From a virus (taxonomy: Duplodnaviria; Caudoviricetes): a stretch of 35,704 bases of DNA. The stretch is from the IMG/VR virus record IMGVR_UViG_3300036716_001267, positions 1 to 35,704 of that record, one strand, 5' to 3'. A program made the position numbers and the translations under genes. This document shows, piece after piece, positions 33,478 to 35,704 of the stretch. Within the stretch, counting starts at the first letter, position 1; each line of letters begins with the position of its first letter. The notes beneath the pieces were generated by a model, which did not search any database, was not told the origin of the DNA, and saw only the letters and a list, made by a program, of their open reading frames with translations.

Positions 33478-33690
33478 ATGAAAATTGAAACAGGCGTTCC
33501 ACTACCCGAGTCCTCACGGGCTCGCAAGTACCCCTTCCTCGAGATGTCAGTAGGCGAGTCAGTCTACTTCGACGGCGAGGAAGTAAACGGGCGCGCTTAC
33601 CGCGCTGCTATGTCAACCGGTCGGCGCCACAACCAAAAGTATGTCGCTCGACGTGAGGACAACGGCCTCCGAATCTGGAGGGCTGAGTAA
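33478..33690 (+). CDS. Small phage protein, possibly DNA-binding
   Basis: KIETGVPLP...KYPFLEMSVGES...GLRIWR; start reassigned to 33478 (AAGGA). Confidence 0.75.
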   Translation: MKIETGVPLPESSRARKYPFLEMSVGESVYFDGEEVNGRAYRAAMSTGRRHNQKYVARREDNGLRIWRAE

Positions 33691-33917
33691 TGTTAGACGT
33701 TGACGTGCAGGAAATTGTAGACAGTCACCTCGAGTTGATGAAAGTTGTCGATAAAGTGGAAGTGATTAAACTTTTAAAAACGGCCATCGAAGAGCCTAGC
33801 GGTACAGTCGACAATCTTGTCAACTATCTGCATAAAGCTCGGGTGGATTCTTACAACATGGGCGCAGGAAACACTGACCCCGTTAATGGTTTAACCAAAC
33901 GCCACGGAGAAAAATAA
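33690..33917 (+). CDS. Hypothetical protein
   Basis: TAATG-coupled on both sides. Confidence 0.7.
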   Translation: MLDVDVQEIVDSHLELMKVVDKVEVIKLLKTAIEEPSGTVDNLVNYLHKARVDSYNMGAGNTDPVNGLTKRHGEK

Positions 33918-34111
33918 TGAGCAAGGGAAGCAGACCACGCCCATTGAGCGTGAGCAAAGAAAAGTTTGACGACAACTTCGACCGCATCTTCGGCAAGAAG
34001 GCCAACGTCGACACCCTCACGATTCGTGTGTCAGGGACCACGGCTCACGGGTCAACCCTGTCGCCAGAAAGCACCGTGCTAGAGCTCAGCCCGAAGGAGC
34101 AGGATGAATGA
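33917..34111 (+). CDS. Hypothetical protein
   Basis: MSKGSRPRP...FDDNFDRIF; GGAGA RBS. Confidence 0.7.
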   Translation: MSKGSRPRPLSVSKEKFDDNFDRIFGKKANVDTLTIRVSGTTAHGSTLSPESTVLELSPKEQDE

Positions 34112-34365
34112 CCACGACCCGAATGGATGTTCTTACTTTATCTGAACGCGCTCTCTTACGTGCAGAATTAGAACGTCAGGTACAGGAATACAAGGACAGC
34201 GGCGGAGTGATAACCGTTTGTCCGCCACGCGCATTTAGCGAGGTTGACCCTAACGCTCCCAAGAGAAAGTTTGATCGCCTCATGCGACCAGACTCGTTAA
34301 CCGATCCAACCAACCGAGACATCGGGGCGCATCGCCCTGCTCACAAGAAAGGAGAAGACGCATGA
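34108..34365 (+). CDS. SutA-like (RNA polymerase-binding) small protein
   Basis: ERALLRAELERQVQEYKDSGGVITV resembles the helix + F/Y-x-x-x-GG-x-I motif of SutA-type proteins. Confidence 0.5.
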   Translation: MTTTRMDVLTLSERALLRAELERQVQEYKDSGGVITVCPPRAFSEVDPNAPKRKFDRLMRPDSLTDPTNRDIGAHRPAHKKGEDA

Positions 34366-34556
34366 GCCACAGGCAGCAATACGAACAGCAGGTGTTTATG
34401 ATCGCTCAGGCGCTTGTAGAATTAGGCAAGCACACGAACAAGTATGAGTTGGCTCGTGATGCTGTTGAAATAGCTAAGCTCGTCAAAGACGAGATAGAAA
34501 AATCTATTCCAGACCCATGGGTGTTAGGTGGAGATAAACCTGAAGGTTGGGAATAA
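34362..34556 (+). CDS. Hypothetical protein
   Basis: AAGGAGA RBS, ATGA overlap. Confidence 0.7.
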   Translation: MSHRQQYEQQVFMIAQALVELGKHTNKYELARDAVEIAKLVKDEIEKSIPDPWVLGGDKPEGWE

Positions 34557-34559
34557 ATC

Positions 34560-34967
34560 ATGTATGACTACCAATGCAAAATTGTCCGTGTTGTCGATGG
34601 AGATACTGTCGATGTTGATATTGACCTTGGGTTTGATACTTGGCGTTGCGGTGAGCGCATTCGTTTGTACGGTGTTGATACTCCAGAGTGCCGCACACTC
34701 GATGCTGAAGAAAAAGCTGCCGGGTTCTTGGCGAAGGAATTTGTCGAGGACGCACTGCACGTCGGAGGAACCTATCGCCTCCAGACAAAAGAGAAAGGAA
34801 AGTTCGGACGGTACCTCGGAACAATCTACCTGACCGACGACACCTCGATAAACGCTGCGCTAGTCACCGAGCATTTGGCAGTGCCTTACACTGGGCAAAA
34901 CAAAAATGAAATCCAAGCGCAGCATCAAGCTAACTTTCAGATACTCAAGGACAAGTGGCTCATATGA
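34560..34967 (+). CDS. Thermonuclease (SNase-like)
   Basis: VVDGDTVD, IRLYGVDTPE, GKFGRYLG, SINAALV...LA. Confidence 0.92.
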   Translation: MYDYQCKIVRVVDGDTVDVDIDLGFDTWRCGERIRLYGVDTPECRTLDAEEKAAGFLAKEFVEDALHVGGTYRLQTKEKGKFGRYLGTIYLTDDTSINAALVTEHLAVPYTGQNKNEIQAQHQANFQILKDKWLI

Positions 34968-35209
34968 AAGCGTGGCCGTGGGAAGTAGTACAGGAGGCCT
35001 TCCGACTTCGTGATGAAGGCGTTCCTAAAAAATTAATCAGCCGCAAGCTCGGGCCGTCAACACACACATTGAACGACTGGTTTAATAGACCGGGTTATCT
35101 GGAGAAAATAAATGGACGACGAAAAAGCAATCCTAGCGTTGATCTCAACGGTAATGATGCACGCGCTGCTCGGCAGATCGAAGCGCTCTACCGATCAACT
35201 GGCACGTGA
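34964..35209 (+). CDS. Putative helix-turn-helix protein
   Basis: AFRLRDEGVPKKLISRKLGPSTHTLNDW; likely start 34964 (ATGA overlap). Confidence 0.6.
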   Translation: MKAWPWEVVQEAFRLRDEGVPKKLISRKLGPSTHTLNDWFNRPGYLEKINGRRKSNPSVDLNGNDARAARQIEALYRSTGT

Positions 35210-35270
35210 AGCGGTGGTAGTTGCTGAGCAGCTCATCGACGAAATCAATCTCACCATGGAGCACCGCTGA
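35112..35270 (+). CDS. Small hypothetical protein (52 aa)
   Basis: MDDEKAILALISTVMMHALLGRSKRSTDQLAREAVVVAEQLIDEINLTMEHR; GGAGA RBS, TGATG-coupled to the hydrolase; not in the track. Confidence 0.75.
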   Translation: MDDEKAILALISTVMMHALLGRSKRSTDQLAREAVVVAEQLIDEINLTMEHR

Positions 35271-35704
35271 TGTTTACCTCAGCCCTAGCCTGCCTAGCAC
35301 TGACCATTTACCACGAAGCCCGCAACCAAGACCTGCAGGGGCAGGTCGCCGTCGCACAGGTCGTCCTCGAGAGAGTCTACGACTCACGCTTCCCTGATAC
35401 CGTGTGCGGCGTCGTCACCGACGGCGGAGAGGTCCGCAACCGCTGCGCGTTCTCGTTCTACTGCGACGGCCAGTCCGATAAACCTCAAGACGAGCGCGCC
35501 TACACCGTAGCGCGGTGGATCGCCTCAGGCGTCCTCAGCGGCGTTGTGAAGGACGTTACGGGTTACGCCACGCATTATCATGCCTACTACGTTCGCCCTG
35601 ACTGGGCCCTTACAATGCGTCCTACGGCCGTCATAGGCGATCACCTGTTCTATCGAGAGGGTGCAGGCGCCGAGGACCACGGACCTTATGTCGGACGGCA
35701 GTAG
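35270..35704 (+). CDS. Cell wall hydrolase, SleB/Hydrolase_2 family
   Basis: CLALTIYHEAR, AVAQVV..RV, FPDTVCGVV, FSFYCDG, ATHYHA, IGDHLFY. Confidence 0.92.
   Translation: MFTSALACLALTIYHEARNQDLQGQVAVAQVVLERVYDSRFPDTVCGVVTDGGEVRNRCAFSFYCDGQSDKPQDERAYTVARWIASGVLSGVVKDVTGYATHYHAYYVRPDWALTMRPTAVIGDHLFYREGAGAEDHGPYVGRQ

Larger units (their letters stand above)
1..35704. mobile_element. Tailed dsDNA bacteriophage genome segment, podovirus-like
   Basis: Continuous phage gene content (adaptor, tail fibre, endolysin, ejection-type proteins, primase, helicases, PolA, small early genes), dense ATGA/TAATG overlaps, no host housekeeping genes, no recognisable tail sheath or tube. Confidence 0.95.

Noticed and set aside
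1-35704. tRNA, rRNA, integrase/att site, transposon or intron/intein
   Set aside because: Intergenic gaps are short with no cloverleaf seen, no recombinase or transposase motifs were found, and the polymerase and helicase motifs are uninterrupted. A tRNAscan or Infernal run would be needed to be certain.

Overview
The whole window is a dsDNA tailed phage, most likely podovirus-like with an aquatic proteobacterial host. Terminase, portal and capsid genes are not in the window. On the + strand, 1-20833 is a virion module: adaptor and tail proteins, a tail fibre, a lysis cassette, a tail nozzle-like protein and four large ejection-type proteins, ending at a bidirectional terminator. Inside it (3817-9900) is a tightly coupled, AT-richer cassette with four different 2OG-Fe(II) oxygenases, a Gly-X-Y/Cys-rich fibre-like protein, a tail-chaperone-like protein and two paralogous sulfotransferases. 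This is the best candidate for an undescribed system, namely hydroxylation and sulfation of a virion fibre. A short - strand block (20874-23302: orphan gene, PD-(D/E)XK exonuclease, SNF2-like helicase) diverges from a + strand replication operon (SSB-like protein, AEP primase, UvrD-like helicase, Leu762 family A polymerase). The right end is an array of small early-type genes headed by repeated promoter/hairpin/RBS cassettes, followed by a SutA-like protein, a thermonuclease and a SleB-like hydrolase. No CRISPR array, tRNA, rRNA, integrase or transposase was recognised. All family calls come from motif recognition by eye, not from database searches.
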